A DNA stretch of 63,602 bases, counting the filler, from Choristocarpus tenellus KU-1152 (Eukaryota; Protista; Phaeophyceae): assembly GCA_964200185.2 (NCBI GenBank). It is 12 parts of 12 records of this genome, joined end to end, with 100 filler letters (N's around TTAATTAATTAA, not from the genome) between each part and the next. Parts side by side here need not be neighbours in the genome. Positions count along the whole stretch, not along the records: positions 37,766 to 50,078 come from CAXNAD020001877.1; positions 50,179 to 53,668 come from CAXNAD020019673.1; 10 more parts are not named here. One strand, 5' to 3'. The translations under genes and the position numbers were made by a program. Shown in pieces: positions 39,019 through 52,408 of the stretch (position 1 is the stretch's first letter; every line of letters begins with the position of its first letter). The notes beneath the pieces are model-generated. The model searched no databases. It was not told the origin of the DNA and saw nothing but the letters and a program-made list of their open reading frames with translations.

Positions 39019-42000
39019 ATGGGTAAAACTGAACGCGAGGGAGTAGGCAGTGGATTACTTCAGTACCTTCGAGCTGCAAAGGCGACTCTCGACGACAGGG
39101 TGTACACATCCTTGATCTATCTCGTGAATTCTTACCATGGCCGCATGTAAGTGATGATGCTGCCAATGATGGATGCACGCTTCTATAGCGTAGGTCTCGT
39201 CCTGAACGAGAGTTTTTCTTGAGGGGTAGCAGGTGGAGTAAAAAATACCAATACTAAAGTTGAAACAACGTTTCTTTCCTTTAAACAACCAAGAGTCACT
39301 CGGTCCTAATATCCTGGAACACCTTAGGACGGATACCGATGATCTCATACTGGGAGCATCGGAGCTTTTCTCTGCGCACCCTCATCTTCTCATCGGCCTG
39401 AAAACTCTTATCCCCGAGTCAGACCATCCCAGAATAGATGATGTCATTAGAAAGAAAGGATCAGCGGGGGTGAACAATGAAGGTAAGACCAGCCTCTGCG
39501 CAATTGACAGGAGACCGGAATGGAGCAACCTCCATAATGGAACGGAGAGGACGGCCATGCAGGATTCTCAGTATCCAATGCTTCATGGTGGTAGACTGGG
39601 GCTGGAACTGGGGGAAGGAGAGTCAAGAGGCGACGTACTAGGAGCTAGAGCATTTCCTCTTAATCCGTCCAGCAAAGGGGGGGGGGTGTCCTCATCCCAT
39701 GATCAATGTTCTTCTTTCAATAGCTGCCTTGAGTCGTTGAGGTGAGGTTTCAAGATCAGGAACAAGGTTGATAGATGGGGCAGTGGAGAACTGCAACTTT
39801 GTTCACATTGAACAAACATACTCTTGGACAGACTCACTCAAGTAAGGTGTACATATGACGAAACACTCTCCTGAAGCACCCCTCGTGGTTGCATTGCTTG
39901 GCTTGAGATTATTTGCTTGAGTGTTATGTTTTATGGGTTAAGTGTAGGATCACGAAGCACAGGTAAATTGTCGTGGATCTCTGGACCTCTTCTCAGGGAA
40001 CTAATGCATCTTACCATTTCCTCCCAGTCTTCCACCTCCAGGGGGTGGCACAACTTCATCGGAGAACAGCACAAATAATGAGACTGTGGTGCCTGACAAC
40101 AGTAGTGTACTCCATGGTCTAGGCACGTTTTGCACAAAGAGACCAGTCACCCCACGATCTGATGATGGTGGTGACCAATCTGCAAGATGGGCATCCCTCA
40201 ACGTGAGCACTGAGAAGTTGACATCAGTAACAGCTATCTGCACAGAAACCTGGCTGTTATATGTTAGACTTGTGTTGGTACCCAGTTACACAGAATCAGG
40301 GCTTTGTATGTCAAGATGGCTGTGAAGTGTTGTGCTGTGCATTATTTTCTAGACATTACTGCATGTGTCATGTCCTGCCTGTGTCTTCCTGACCCCTGCA
40401 ACTGTTGATGGCAGAGGCCAGCTGTGGAGTAACTCCCAGATCAGACAAGTGTATTTAATTTTTTCAGTTTTCCTCATTTGCTCTGGTGTTCATTGTCATG
40501 CTCCTAACAATGTTGAACTACATCCTCTCCTGTCATGCTATGTTACCTATTTCTCTCTTCTTGCCAGGCGCTCTCTAGCCTCGTACTGGCTGACTATACA
40601 CCAAATAGTGTTCACAAGGAGCACCTGACACACTCGCATTACCCAGAGAAGATAAATTCCATCCCTCTACATCCTAATCTCTGTCAAGACCTTGCATCTC
40701 CGCATAACAATCTGCAAGTTACACACACAGATACTCCCCACACAATACAGGTATGTTGTATTCAAACCGCTTGGTCAAGCTGTGTATTGGCCACAGGGGC
40801 GGGAATGGTTAGTAATTTGCTAGTGTGCATCATCAAGATAGTTGCCTCTAATCATGATTTTGTGTTTGTTGACTCTGTAGTATTATTCCCACATAGCACC
40901 ACCCCTTTTGAATTCAGAGCACCTGGAACGAGAGAAGTGTATTTGCTAGTGATTGTCTTGAGATGCAACCACTACTTTTAAGGTGAGTCTGACATGGACT
41001 GAGCTCTTGTACTTGCTCTGTGCCACCAGGAAAAAAATCAAGCTCACTATAACTTTTTTTACAGGCACTCGCAGCAATTCAATATTTTCAATTCGAATAT
41101 TACGTACATGATGGAGTGAAAGTATCTTAGAGGGTACGACTTTTGCCCTGTTTGGGACTTGGTTCCCATGTTTAAAAAAAAAATGACATTTTACCTACTC
41201 AAAAAAACATTTTGGAGTAGGTAAAACGTATACATTATGAAAAAGGTGTGTCTTGAACAAAGATATTGACACTTCCTAACAAACACAATAGCCAAAAATA
41301 CACCAAAATCGCAACATTGGATTTTGACCCCGAAACGGACGTGGCCCTACCCTAACCCTAAGATACTTTGACTCACGAATCTAAGAACCCACATCTTGTC
41401 CTTGCCTGCTTTGTTGATCTGGGTATGTCTACTCATTGTTGTACACTCTTTTTAGATGCTGCATGATACGCCATCAAAAGTGATGGGTGCCACCACCAAC
41501 GCTGCGACATGTTCATCAACCTCATACGTCACCCACAGTGGCACAGACCCCTCTGTCATCTGTAGGTCTCAAAGGAAAAATCATGGAAGAAGAGAAGGGT
41601 TTCGGACTGATGTTAACACTACTGATGTTAACACTACTGATGTTAACACTACTGGGCCTTGTGGAGAGTCTCGAGATGAAACTTCTACCACTGGAGACCC
41701 TTTCATTTCTTTCTCAACGATCTTTCCATCATTCCGTGAGAAGCGGAAGTCTCATGATGCTCTGGGAAAGGAGTATGCAGCCCCCAACTGTGTTCAGAGA
41801 CCTGTGAGGTACAGGCCCAGCTCAGACGGAATTCCCAATGGTAGTTCAGGAAACGGGGGTATCTCAGAGATGGGAGCAGTGACAGCAGAAAGGGTGCAAG
41901 GTGTGCTGAGCTCAGATGCAGCACCAAAATTGGCTGGCAAAGTTTGTAAAGGGGTGCATGGAGCTAGACCAAGAGTTCTGGAGAGCACATCTGAGGCTAT

Positions 42001-43942
42001 TGAAAGTCAGCAAGCGATGCAGGCCTTTCAAGACAGTATTCAACAGAAGTATGCCTTGCTCTTGGAACACAAGGTATGTCGCACAGACACAGACAGAAAT
42101 GTACGCCAGTTGTTCAGAGCATGCATTGAAGTACTGCACCACAAACCATGTTACATTCCTTAATCTTCTACAAGACAGACACATCTAGGGTCTTTATAAA
42201 TGTGTTGATGACAGTTTGTTCTTTCCTTTGCTCCTCGCCAATTGAATGTATCAATGTGATGTGTTACATTCAGTGGATATCTTTGTATTTGTTGTTATTT
42301 AATCCGATGTATATCTTTCTATTCATGTTTACACCAAAGTATTTGGTTATGCATCAGATGATACTTTCAAACCGTTTCAAGTCTCCTTGGGTACTGGGAG
42401 AGCTGCATAATCCTTGGGTACACATGAGGACATTTTGTGAAACAGTTGTTGTATCAAGTGACATATTCATGGATCCAAGAAAGGTTGGTGGGTTGGGTAG
42501 AGGTTAAGTGACTTAATAGCAATCAGCATTTCAATCAACCCGCATTTTTTATCATGGTGTTTCATACTTCTATACTATACTACTGTTCTCCTATGCTGGA
42601 CCTGTTGGTATACTTTGCCTGATGTGGGCGAGACTCCTTTGGGCAGCTCATTGTGATTTGCGTGCCTTAGGTATATGTGTTTGTATGCTTGTATTGATCT
42701 CTGTGTGCATAGCTTCAAGTTACCTTGATAGTTACCTTGATAGTTACCTTGCTAATTACCTTGATAGTTACCTTGGTAGTAACCTTGATAATTACCTTGA
42801 TAATTACCTTGATAGTTACCTTAATAGTTACCTTGATATTGCTTGCAAAAAAAATGCTCATGATTCACCCATCAGGTCTCACTTGTGTGAAGATATTGCC
42901 TTCAACCCCCTTTGTATGTCCCATTGACTGCAATCACTTTTAATCTGACAGTCTTGACTAGCCAACTGTATTGTAACATCCCCTAAGTGTTTGCCAATCA
43001 TATCAAGTTGTTATTTGATTGGGAATTAATGCAATCAAGTGCGACCCAATCAACAACAAAATTTCAATTTAGAAGTAGGCGTTTTTTTAATCATTAATTT
43101 CGTATGGTTTTCTCTACACTCTAACTTTTGAAAAATTGTTTAATGAGATTTTGCAATTGGGACCTCTTTTTGCAACTCTGACCATGCCCAGGAGTGAGAG
43201 TCCATTCCCCATCCAGAAACCTTGAGCACATAATTCTACCTCTTAGTTGACACATTTGTTGCAAGATACAGAGGTCTTCTCAGACAAACTGGCGGCAAAG
43301 TCTTGCGGTAACTGACAATTTGTAGTTTGTAGTGTTGTAGTTTGTAGTGTTGTCAATTGTAACGATTTGACACTGTCCACTTGTTAATTCACAGAATAAT
43401 CAAACCATGTTTGAAAATTTTCGCTATTTCAACTATTTTATCATGATTTTATCATGATTTTATCATGATTTTATCATCCATATATGCGTTGCACAATTCG
43501 CTTTTAATCTTCCTCGTCATGCTTGGCATTTTGTTGCAGTGACCTACCAGAGCTTGGCTTGGCTTGGCTTGGCTTGGCTTGTGCACTGTATGCAACTCCT
43601 AGATTCAGTAGTATATATTTCATTGTTCCATTTTTTTTTTTGAGTCAATTAATGAAAAACTATTTATTTATTTCGATTCTCAAAACAAATGAAATGCTAA
43701 AGTTTCAACATGTTTTTCCTTATCCCGACTCCTCTCGGGTTGTTAAGGACCGTGAAATTGCCCAGCTCAAGGAGGCAGCAGCAAGGTTGCATGCCAGTGA
43801 TACAGGTCTTCGTGTTTTGTTGCAGGGGCTACAGGAGGAGAACAAGCGACTTGTGGATTGTGTCAATGGTGCTAAGTACAGTATATCCCAACCCAAACAG
43901 GAGATGAAGAACATCAGTATTTCCCCTGATCTGATATTTTGA
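39019..43942 (+). CDS. Protein with an N-terminal PAH (Sin3-type paired amphipathic helix)-like domain and a C-terminal coiled coil, apparently complete
   Basis: Six phase-compatible exons (39019-39146, 39328-39741, 40028-40202, 40568-40750, 41456-42073, 43748-43942). YLRAAKATLDDRVYTSLIYLVNSY...ASELFSAHPHLLIGLKTLIP fits the PAH pattern. QQKYALLLEHK-DREIAQLKE...LQEENKRL is coiled-coil-like. Confidence 0.75.
41114..41374. mobile_element. MITE family A (intronic)
   Basis: Family termini. Flanks ATG/ACG. Confidence 0.88.
42718..42838. repeat. 12-bp minisatellite (AGTTACCTTGAT) x10 (intronic)
   Basis: Read directly. It explains the spurious YLDS and LIVT repeat ORFs. Confidence 0.92.
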
Positions 43943-46900
43943 AGACATGTGTCTACTGTGAAGGAAGACTTGATGCTTTGACTGATATCTTTTAGAGCAC
44001 TAGCTGAAGATGTGAAGTATGCAAGGTTACCCCTCCTGAAAAAACTAACGCACTTATGGTACGTGACCACTAAAGAAAGCCACCCCAAGTGTAGGGTTTT
44101 CCAATACCTTGTCTAGTGTTTTCATATGTGGTAGGCTGAGAAATAGTCAGAGGGGCGAACTTTATACACCATTTACACCCATAGATAACTAATCCACAAA
44201 GAAAGGTAATTGAAGACCTGAATTGTGGTGACCAGGCTTTATTGGGGCCAGGCAAGTACTGCACAAGATCGGAGGGAGGGAAGTGGAGGAACAAGCAGTG
44301 GGATGGATGTCTGAATGATGTCTGAACGATATCTGAATGGTATCTGAATGATATATAAATGGTATCTAAATGAACCCAACGCGCGAGAAAAAAGGGGCAT
44401 ATAAGGGGAGGTGCAATTAGCTGTGGTGCAAGAGTTACTTAGTAGTAAATGAGAAACAGTGCAGTGTATAGTACCTCCGATCTAGTGTTGGGACCTAGGT
44501 AGGATTGAGCAAGGTTCCTTGTCCCAGACTATGTGCAGATCATAGCACTAAATTTAAGTTTTTCACATCTAGGGTAATAGCATATAGTGAGGGAGTGTTT
44601 TAACAAAGAGCTAGGATCATAGTGTAATATGTAGCATATGTTACTTTGTGTTTCATTTGTTACCATTTTTTTTGTTTGTAGATCAATGGTGCAAAGAGTT
44701 GATGACCTTTTGCACATGTTCTATTTTTATGATCTATCCTTGCCAAAAGTGGTGTGTGAATCAATGGTTTCATCAGGTTGACTCTATTATTTGAGGACTA
44801 ATAGACAGTGTGATAGAAGTTTAATCATTCAGTTATTTCTTTTTTGTCTTGTGCATCAGGAGTGACACAGAGTGTATAGTTCAGTGGTGATCACAAGGTC
44901 TCACTTCTCTCTACTTACTCCATTCATTGCAATGTTTCTTTTTGATGCCTATGGAGGATTTGTGTATGAATTCTTTGATCCATCTTGTGGGTTTGCTGTC
45001 CGACATGCAGGGAATGAAGATTGATATTTCTTGAGCAAAAGATGGGTAAGACTCCATCTCTGATATCAACTACAGGAGATTTAGCTTCTGGCAATGGACA
45101 AATATCACAGGAATAAGTGTAGGTCGAAATTTTCGCTTGTCCACCAGACGTTCCACTCACCATCAGAGGGGAGGACACTTTGTTTCAAGATGCTATGTGG
45201 TGCTCAACACGTGTGCTGTGCACTTGCTTTGATTGAAGAAGACTTTAGGTTTTTTAAATCCGATTTAAACCTATTGCTACATTGTATACGTATCATGTTG
45301 TGTTTTATTGTATTCTAGCCTTCCTTGTTCTTCTTGTGTCCTCCATGGCGACATTTCTAAAGTGCTCATGGAAGAAGTAAGGCACGAGTGGAGACAGTCC
45401 AATTGATCATTTAGAAACAGGTACTTCCATGTAGTAGTTGTACAATAAGTGGTGCAGTATGTAAGACCTCTGACTGTGGGTGGGTGGGGGTAGTCCCCAA
45501 CAAAATGCATGATGAAATTTCTTTTACTATGTACTTGCAAGCCCGCTTCAGCAATCCCACACACCACCCCTTGTTGTTGCCTCCCCCAACAAATTCTTAT
45601 TCTGGACCTGCTTTAGTGTTGCCTGGGTATTTATTCTTTGCCACGTTGTTCTCTGTTTTTTTGCGTTTCTTGGCGGTATAGCAGTAGTTAGGATAACACA
45701 ATTACAAGTAGTGACAATCCATAGTGGTTGCTATATTAACTTTGAATAATTAAGATCAGATTTTGATGAAAGAAATCTGGCGCTATCGGGTTTTATCCCC
45801 AGAATTACTCTTCACTAAGCAATGAATATTGAGACGTCAGGACACTTAAAAATAAAGTTCAGCTAAATTATTTGTATTTCACCCAAGAACTAATGTAATG
45901 AGAAGGTTATGAATGCTGAACATAATGTGATTGCAAAGCAGTCCGATCTTGGTAAGGGGTGGAAGATGATATCACAAAAGCTCAACTAGGAATCTCTGAC
46001 TTACGCACTATTGAATATTCATGACGAAATGTCGTGATTGATTTTCGTGATTGGAATTTAGATTTTTTTTTTTTTTGTAGAATGTGTACTTCTTGTGGCT
46101 GATGGATTTTGGAGGCGTGGATTTGTGGGTTTGAAAAATCTCATCTTTAGACCCCTTTCCATAACATCTGGTTTTAATAAATAATACCCAAAGTCGTGTG
46201 GTAAGCACTATAGAGTGTACCAACTTTACTCTGACCCAACAAAATGTATTAATACTAAATCTTACTCTATGTCTTACAGCATACTAGACCCACGACATTT
46301 TGCAGATAGATGTGTCAAGGGAGGGAAAATAAGATGAGAACAAACAAGGAAACTACAAGAAGAACTTGTGCAACAGTAAGTTCTTGTTTCCAATATCCCT
46401 TCTTTATCCGTACTAACTACCGGTATACAAAAAAATGTCACTTGCGGCATTGATCAATATGTTACGGTAATAGTTTGTTGCTCTTACCAATATACTTTCT
46501 TCTTAACCTAACCTATACTAACTACTAGTCACTTGTAGCATTGTTCCCTACTACCAGATGTCGACACTGCTATCCTCGTAGCCAAGACCTACAAGGGATC
46601 GAGGAGGCAAAAATATCATTTGTATGATAAGTGTGTTAAATGTATGGATATTGTATGGAAAAAATATATTTATAATTTTTCTTCACATTAGTCTGAGCTT
46701 GTCCCAAGCTATGCATGATTTCAGTTTATCACACTATATAAGTTGGCAGGTCATAGATAGGTCTCACTCCTTTTCCTCTCTGAGACTGGGCGATGGAGAC
46801 GGAAAGCAGCTGTTGAGGGTTGACCAAAAGGGGAACGGGGATAAAGAGGTAGAGGTTCCTCTTCAATGATAAAATAGCTCAAGAAAATATTTTACTGGTA

Positions 46901-47302
46901 GTATTATCAATACTAACTCAAACGTTGGATAATTGTAACTATATTCAGATACCTTTCCCTTCTCTTCAATTTGTGTTCCAACACTTTCTTGTTGTTTATT
47001 CTTGAGGGGATGGACAGTCCAACACCTTCTACCCCAGGAGACAACTCATCCCTGCTACCTAGGCACAGTCCCCGCCCTGTACCTTCCCTCCTGGTGTTGC
47101 TGGGAACACAGTGGCTACTACCTGGTGGAGCTTCTCCTCCTCTTTCCCCCCAGGCATAGCTCCCTGTACCTTTCTTCCTTGCGCTGCTTGAGCACTGTGG
47201 TTACTAACTTGCGGATGTTCTGCTTCATATCATTTTCTCCCAGCACAACCCCTGAGATTTTACCTTGGCACACCCCCCTGCTGTTCCCTCCCTCTGGGTT
47301 CT

Positions 47303-47483
47303 GACCCAAAGTATCTGGGGTGGTGGTGGGGGGGTCTACACCATGGTGTCCACTTAGCCCAAAATTAGGAAAAGTGCATTTGCATTATCCATCCGACGTA
47401 TGCAACCAAATCACACAAAAATAACGACAAGAAAAAATTGAGCTCAAATGGACAGCCGCCACCCCCACCAGGTTTTTTTAGCC
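47303..47483. mobile_element. MITE family B
   Basis: Family termini with a 3-bp TSD TCT. Confidence 0.88.
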
Positions 47484-47760
47484 TCTACCTGGTGGATTTT
47501 CCTCTCCCCTCAACACAGCCCCCCCCATGCTACACACTCATAGTGTTGTGCCTTGCAGTAACTTGTCCTAGCCATATAGAGTGTCTGCAGTAGCTCATTA
47601 TGGTTGTTGTAAGGTGGAGACAGGAGGAGCACTCAACAGGATTATGCCTCACCAGCATTGTAGCAACAGGTTTATCTCTGTGTGTATAATTCTCAAGATG
47701 AGTGGAATGCTGACAACAGAGCACAAAGAAATGACTGCAGTATGAGGTGCAGGGTCGAAG

Positions 47761-48005
47761 TGTTACAGGCGCCCCAGAAAGATTACCTCCACAGGATGTA
47801 TAGCTCCAATCTACGGGCCTATAGATGATACTGATGTACGTATAGGACTCCTGATGCACAAGTCGTCAGGTATGCTGGATCTCTCACTTGAATTAAATTC
47901 AATATCATCGTATAAGAAAGGAACTGATCAACGATNNNNNNNNNNAGAACTTCAATGACATAATGGTGTTTATGAAACCGCCATCAAGACATATCGCCTG
48001 TAACA
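47761..48005. mobile_element. Solo LTR-like element, TGTTACAGG family
   Basis: Perfect 11-bp inverted ends TGTTACAGGCG / CGCCTGTAACA with a 4-bp TSD GAAG. Contains a 10-N gap. Confidence 0.85.
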
Positions 48006-48719
48006 GAAGTGCACAAGACTGTGTTACAAGGGACACTCAGGAGTAAAAAGAGCATCTTCAACACATTTTTGCCTGGTAAACAGATAAGAACATAGCATCA
48101 CAAGTGGAGCACAGACCACATTCCCACCTCGGTCCCTCTGGTTAGATTGATTAGAGTGTGGATCCCACAGTTCCCACTAACATTTTCCAAGCATCGGAAG
48201 GCCTGGTGAGTGGATAAGTCCTTACTATCCCCATGCACCCATGTTGTCCATTTCAAGACATTATATTTTGTGGTCCGTAGGTTGTTGCTAGTTCCCAATG
48301 TACGCAATGTACACAGGCCTGCACAAGAAGCTTGCTTGAGTCTGGTCAATTGCTCACCACCCTCCTCACAACACATTAGTGCGCTTCTATATTCACTCTA
48401 CTGCCAAATTGGCTATCAAGGTACCATTCTTAACAATCAATAGAAAAAACCTTGAAATTGGTAGTTTGCAAACACAGGCAAATACGAGAGAGAGGCTGGA
48501 TTTCTAAGAGATACGGTGGAATAAGAGAAGTACAAAAAGAAAAGCCACACTTCTCTAATTCCACATGATTGCTTCAGTCCTTTGGCAGTATACTGGAGTC
48601 AGACCATGTCAAATAGGTGGGTTGACCCTCCCTCCTTGATATGTAAGCAAGATGTCATGAATGGGGTGTGAGGGTGAGGTTGATTGAAACTACGAGATTG
48701 GTGATGTGATTCAGAGACT

Positions 48720-48897
48720 GACCCAAAGTATCTGTGGGGAGGGGGGGGCTACACCAGGGTGTCCATTTGGACCATAACCAGGAAAAAGTGCACTTACATT
48801 ATCCATCCGACGTATGCAACCAAATCACCCAAAAATTGCGACATCGAAAAAATTGGTCCAAATGGACAGCCACCACCCCCCTCAGATACTTTGAGCC
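48720..48897. mobile_element. MITE family B
   Basis: Family termini with a 3-bp TSD ACT. Confidence 0.9.
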
Positions 48898-49420
48898 ACT
48901 ATCAGAACAAATGTGTGTTTTTTGAAAGTACCTTGGTGTGGGAGATACAAGTTGACGATGTTGCTTGTTTTGTTCGATTAATTGCAATTGTGGCAAAACC
49001 TAGTAATTAGTGATGTGATGCAGCAACTATATCCGTGTAAACCTGTGTTTTGAACGTTCCTCAGTGCAGTAGCTTGTGTAATGAGTGATGAGGTCACAGG
49101 TTGATTATGTTCAAGATGTCTTGATTAGGCAAGTTGAAAATTTGAGTTTATGTGATTGAGTGATGACACATGTTTTCGAATTATAAAATATCCTCTCGTC
49201 CCTTGTGCATGTGTTGGTGAAACGATGTCCTTGATGAACTTGACGGAGTTTCGCAGTTGTATGTGGGTTACAAGTTGATTCCAGAAAAGTACAGTCTGGA
49301 AGTCCAACACAAGCCATTATTTGTTCACCTCATGTGAGAGCAGGGGATACCCCTCACGTTTTTAAGCTGTTACCAACAAAAATAGGAGTACCTTCTGTCG
49401 ATATTTGCAGTTGAATTCAC

Positions 49421-49681
49421 GGGTGAAAGTATCTTAGAGGGTACGAGTTTTGCCCTGTTTGTCCATTTGGGGCTTGGCTTCCCATGGGTTTTTTAATGAC
49501 ATTTTCCTACTCCAAAATGTTCAGGATTTGGTAAAATGTATACGTTATGAATAGGTGTATCCGAAACATGGATATTGACACTTCCTAACAAACACTATAG
49601 CCAAAATTACATCAAAATCACAACATTGGATTTTGACCCCTAAATGAACGCGACTCTACCCTCTAAAAGATACTTTGACTT
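49421..49681. mobile_element. MITE family A
   Basis: Family termini. Flanks CAC/CAT. Confidence 0.9.
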
Positions 49682-52149
49682 CATGTCCCTTTCATACTTG
49701 TCACTACTTGTTCGGTTCTTTTGGGCTGCAACAAATCTGGTCAATATACAAATCTGTCCTCAGCTATATCAGACCTTACTGGTCCCCAAAATACACCTCT
49801 GTCCACTCGCAAAGCGGATCGTACATCGTAGAAGTAGAATTGGAGGCAAACTGAAAAGAAAGGAGACAGACCGATAGAGATGAGTGACGGCGATCCGATT
49901 CTGTTGGCAAAACCTACACAATCAATTACAGATCAGACTGGTTTCTACCAGCACCTCAAATTCTTGAATGAGAGCAGGAGCAAACAGATGGGTTCTCTAT
50001 TTATTCTAGATGAGATAAGCGGGTTGTTGTGAGAATCGGGTCAAAGTATCTGGGGAGGGGGGGTGGTTTGTGAGGGGGNNNNNNNNNNNNNNNNNNNNNN
50101 NNNNNNNNNNNNNNNNNNNNNNTTAATTAATTAANNNNNNNNNNNNNNNNNNNNNNNNNNNNNNNNNNNNNNNNNNNNCCCCCCCCCCCAGTATGCTTGC
50201 TGAAGAATTGGGTGTACGGGTTGGATTGGTTTAGGCAACGGCTGTGGATTAGTTGAAAGCTGATGAATCGTTAGGAAGAAATGAGTCTGCTCTATGTCAT
50301 CGGGCTTAAAACATTTTCTAGAAAAACTAGAAGATTTTTTTTTTGTAATGTAATGCAAATGATGATATTTTACACTACAAAGAAAGATGACGAGGAAGAA
50401 GAAGAAGCGCCTTTCAAGGCCGTACCCCCTCCCACCAGGCGTTTACCCCACGCCTTCTGGACCTGGGTTAGTCTACACCCATACAATGTTAGGGTTATGG
50501 CCAGACGTTGCTTGTAGAAACACCTGACTTGCGCTCCAGAGTTTCTTTTCGTTGGTAGCATTGATTGAGAGGTAGGTGAGACGTGAGGAGCAAGGATGTC
50601 AATTTCAGAACAATATACTCGATTAGAACCATATTTGGAAGCGTTGGAGTAGATCTCGCATGATGGACAAATTGACAAATTGACAAATTGACAAATGAAA
50701 AATGACAAATGACAATGACAAATGACATATGCCGCCACTGCATCGGTTCTCCTCCACTTTTTTTTTTTTTTTTCTTTGATTTCTCATCTAGTCTCCGTTT
50801 GAATAGAGCAGGTTCTCACAAAAAAAAAAAATGGAAAAAGATGTATCGCATTGCTGTGGCACCAAATACCTTTTATGGGGAACGTGGATATATTTAAAGA
50901 AATTTTGGAAGGCTGGGGGAAGAGGTTCTACAGGGTAGATGCATATCAAGAATACTGGAAGGCGTCCGTGGTCATATTGTTGTAGGCCACCAAGGGGTAC
51001 TACAGCGGATGAACTTAGGGTGATGGGGGTATATGTTGATAATGTAGATGGCATAAAGGTAGTACCCCTGCGTTTTAGACCACAAAGGGTATGACTTCCC
51101 ATACCAATCAATGCTCACACAATCATTGGTCAGTTCTTCGATAAAGATAATGATTAGTTTTCCCCTTAATCCATTTTGTAACCCCCTTCGAACCCAAAAT
51201 ACGTGGAAATAATATTTTTTTGTTCATTAATATACCTACAAGATGTTCAGATCAAGAGTGTATGGCTGCTGCCAATAAGAGGAGTAGTTGTGCTGCCAAT
51301 AAGAGATGTTTCTGTCTGTAATGAACGGTCTTCCACTATCTCCAAGCAATTTCCCACATCACACAGGCCTACGGATCATATGGGCTTGTTTAAGGTAAAT
51401 GTACATCAATATAGATGTTCCCTGACTGTGTTTACCCACAGGTGAAATGTCTTGGGAAGCACTTTTACATACGGATGCATCAGAGACAGATCTCATTTTC
51501 ACCTTCTCAAGATTGTCCGTTCTCCCGAATGCAGCAGAGACAGAGCAGTAGCCACGGAATATGACTTGAACCACACCTGATACGGTACAATGTACAGTGG
51601 GAGGGAGGAGGCAGGTTTCGGTAAGATCAAGATTGGCCTATTATGTATGTATGTCATCACTGCAATGAAGGCTGGAAGGTTGGTTGATCAAGCGTGTGAG
51701 GCTTTTATTATGGAGTTATTTGTTCAGTTGAATCTGGACACTTTATTCCATTAACTCACATGTGTAATAGCTTGTGTTCGCGTCTTTAGGTGTGTGAATT
51801 TACATGTATGCCTGACTGTGCCTGGAAAAGAAAAAAACGCCAGAAAAATGTACTGCGAGCTGGTGCATTGCCAGGTTCAGGTACACCTCGCCTCAAGGAT
51901 CGAGGAACCCTACCTCCATGGACTATAGCTGTTTTGTAGATGACAAACTTACACACGTTCCATATGTTCGTGTCGCCCACCCAGGTTCCCTCTTTCTATG
52001 TCCATGAAGCAGCAACTCTTCAAGAACCAACTATCTCATCGGGCGTGCAAATTCTTTCCTCAGGTTCGGCGGGGCTGTAAGGGGACCTTACTATGACTCG
52101 TTGCATGATGTGTGCCTTCCAGGGACTCACATCTCCAGCTTATATACAT

Positions 52150-52408
52150 GAGTGAAAGTATCTTAGAGGGTACGAGTTTTTCCCTGTTTGTCCATTTGGG
52201 GCTTGGCTTCCCACGGGTTTTGTATGACATTTTACCAACTCCAAAATGTTTTGGAGTAGGTCAAATGTATACCGTATGAAAAGGTCTGTCCGAAACAAGG
52301 ATATTAACATCTCTTAACAAACACGATAGCCAAAATTACATCAAAATTGCAACATTGGATTTTGACCCCCAAATGGACGCGGCTCTACCCTCTAAGGTAC
52401 TTTGACTC
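52150..52408. mobile_element. MITE family A
   Basis: Family termini with a 4-bp TSD ACAT. Confidence 0.9.

Noticed and set aside
42622-42943. YLDS and LIVT repeat proteins
   Set aside because: Translations of an intronic 12-bp minisatellite.
46990-47530. Possible LINE 3' end on the minus strand
   Set aside because: Only a vague resemblance, with no diagnostic motif and no second copy.
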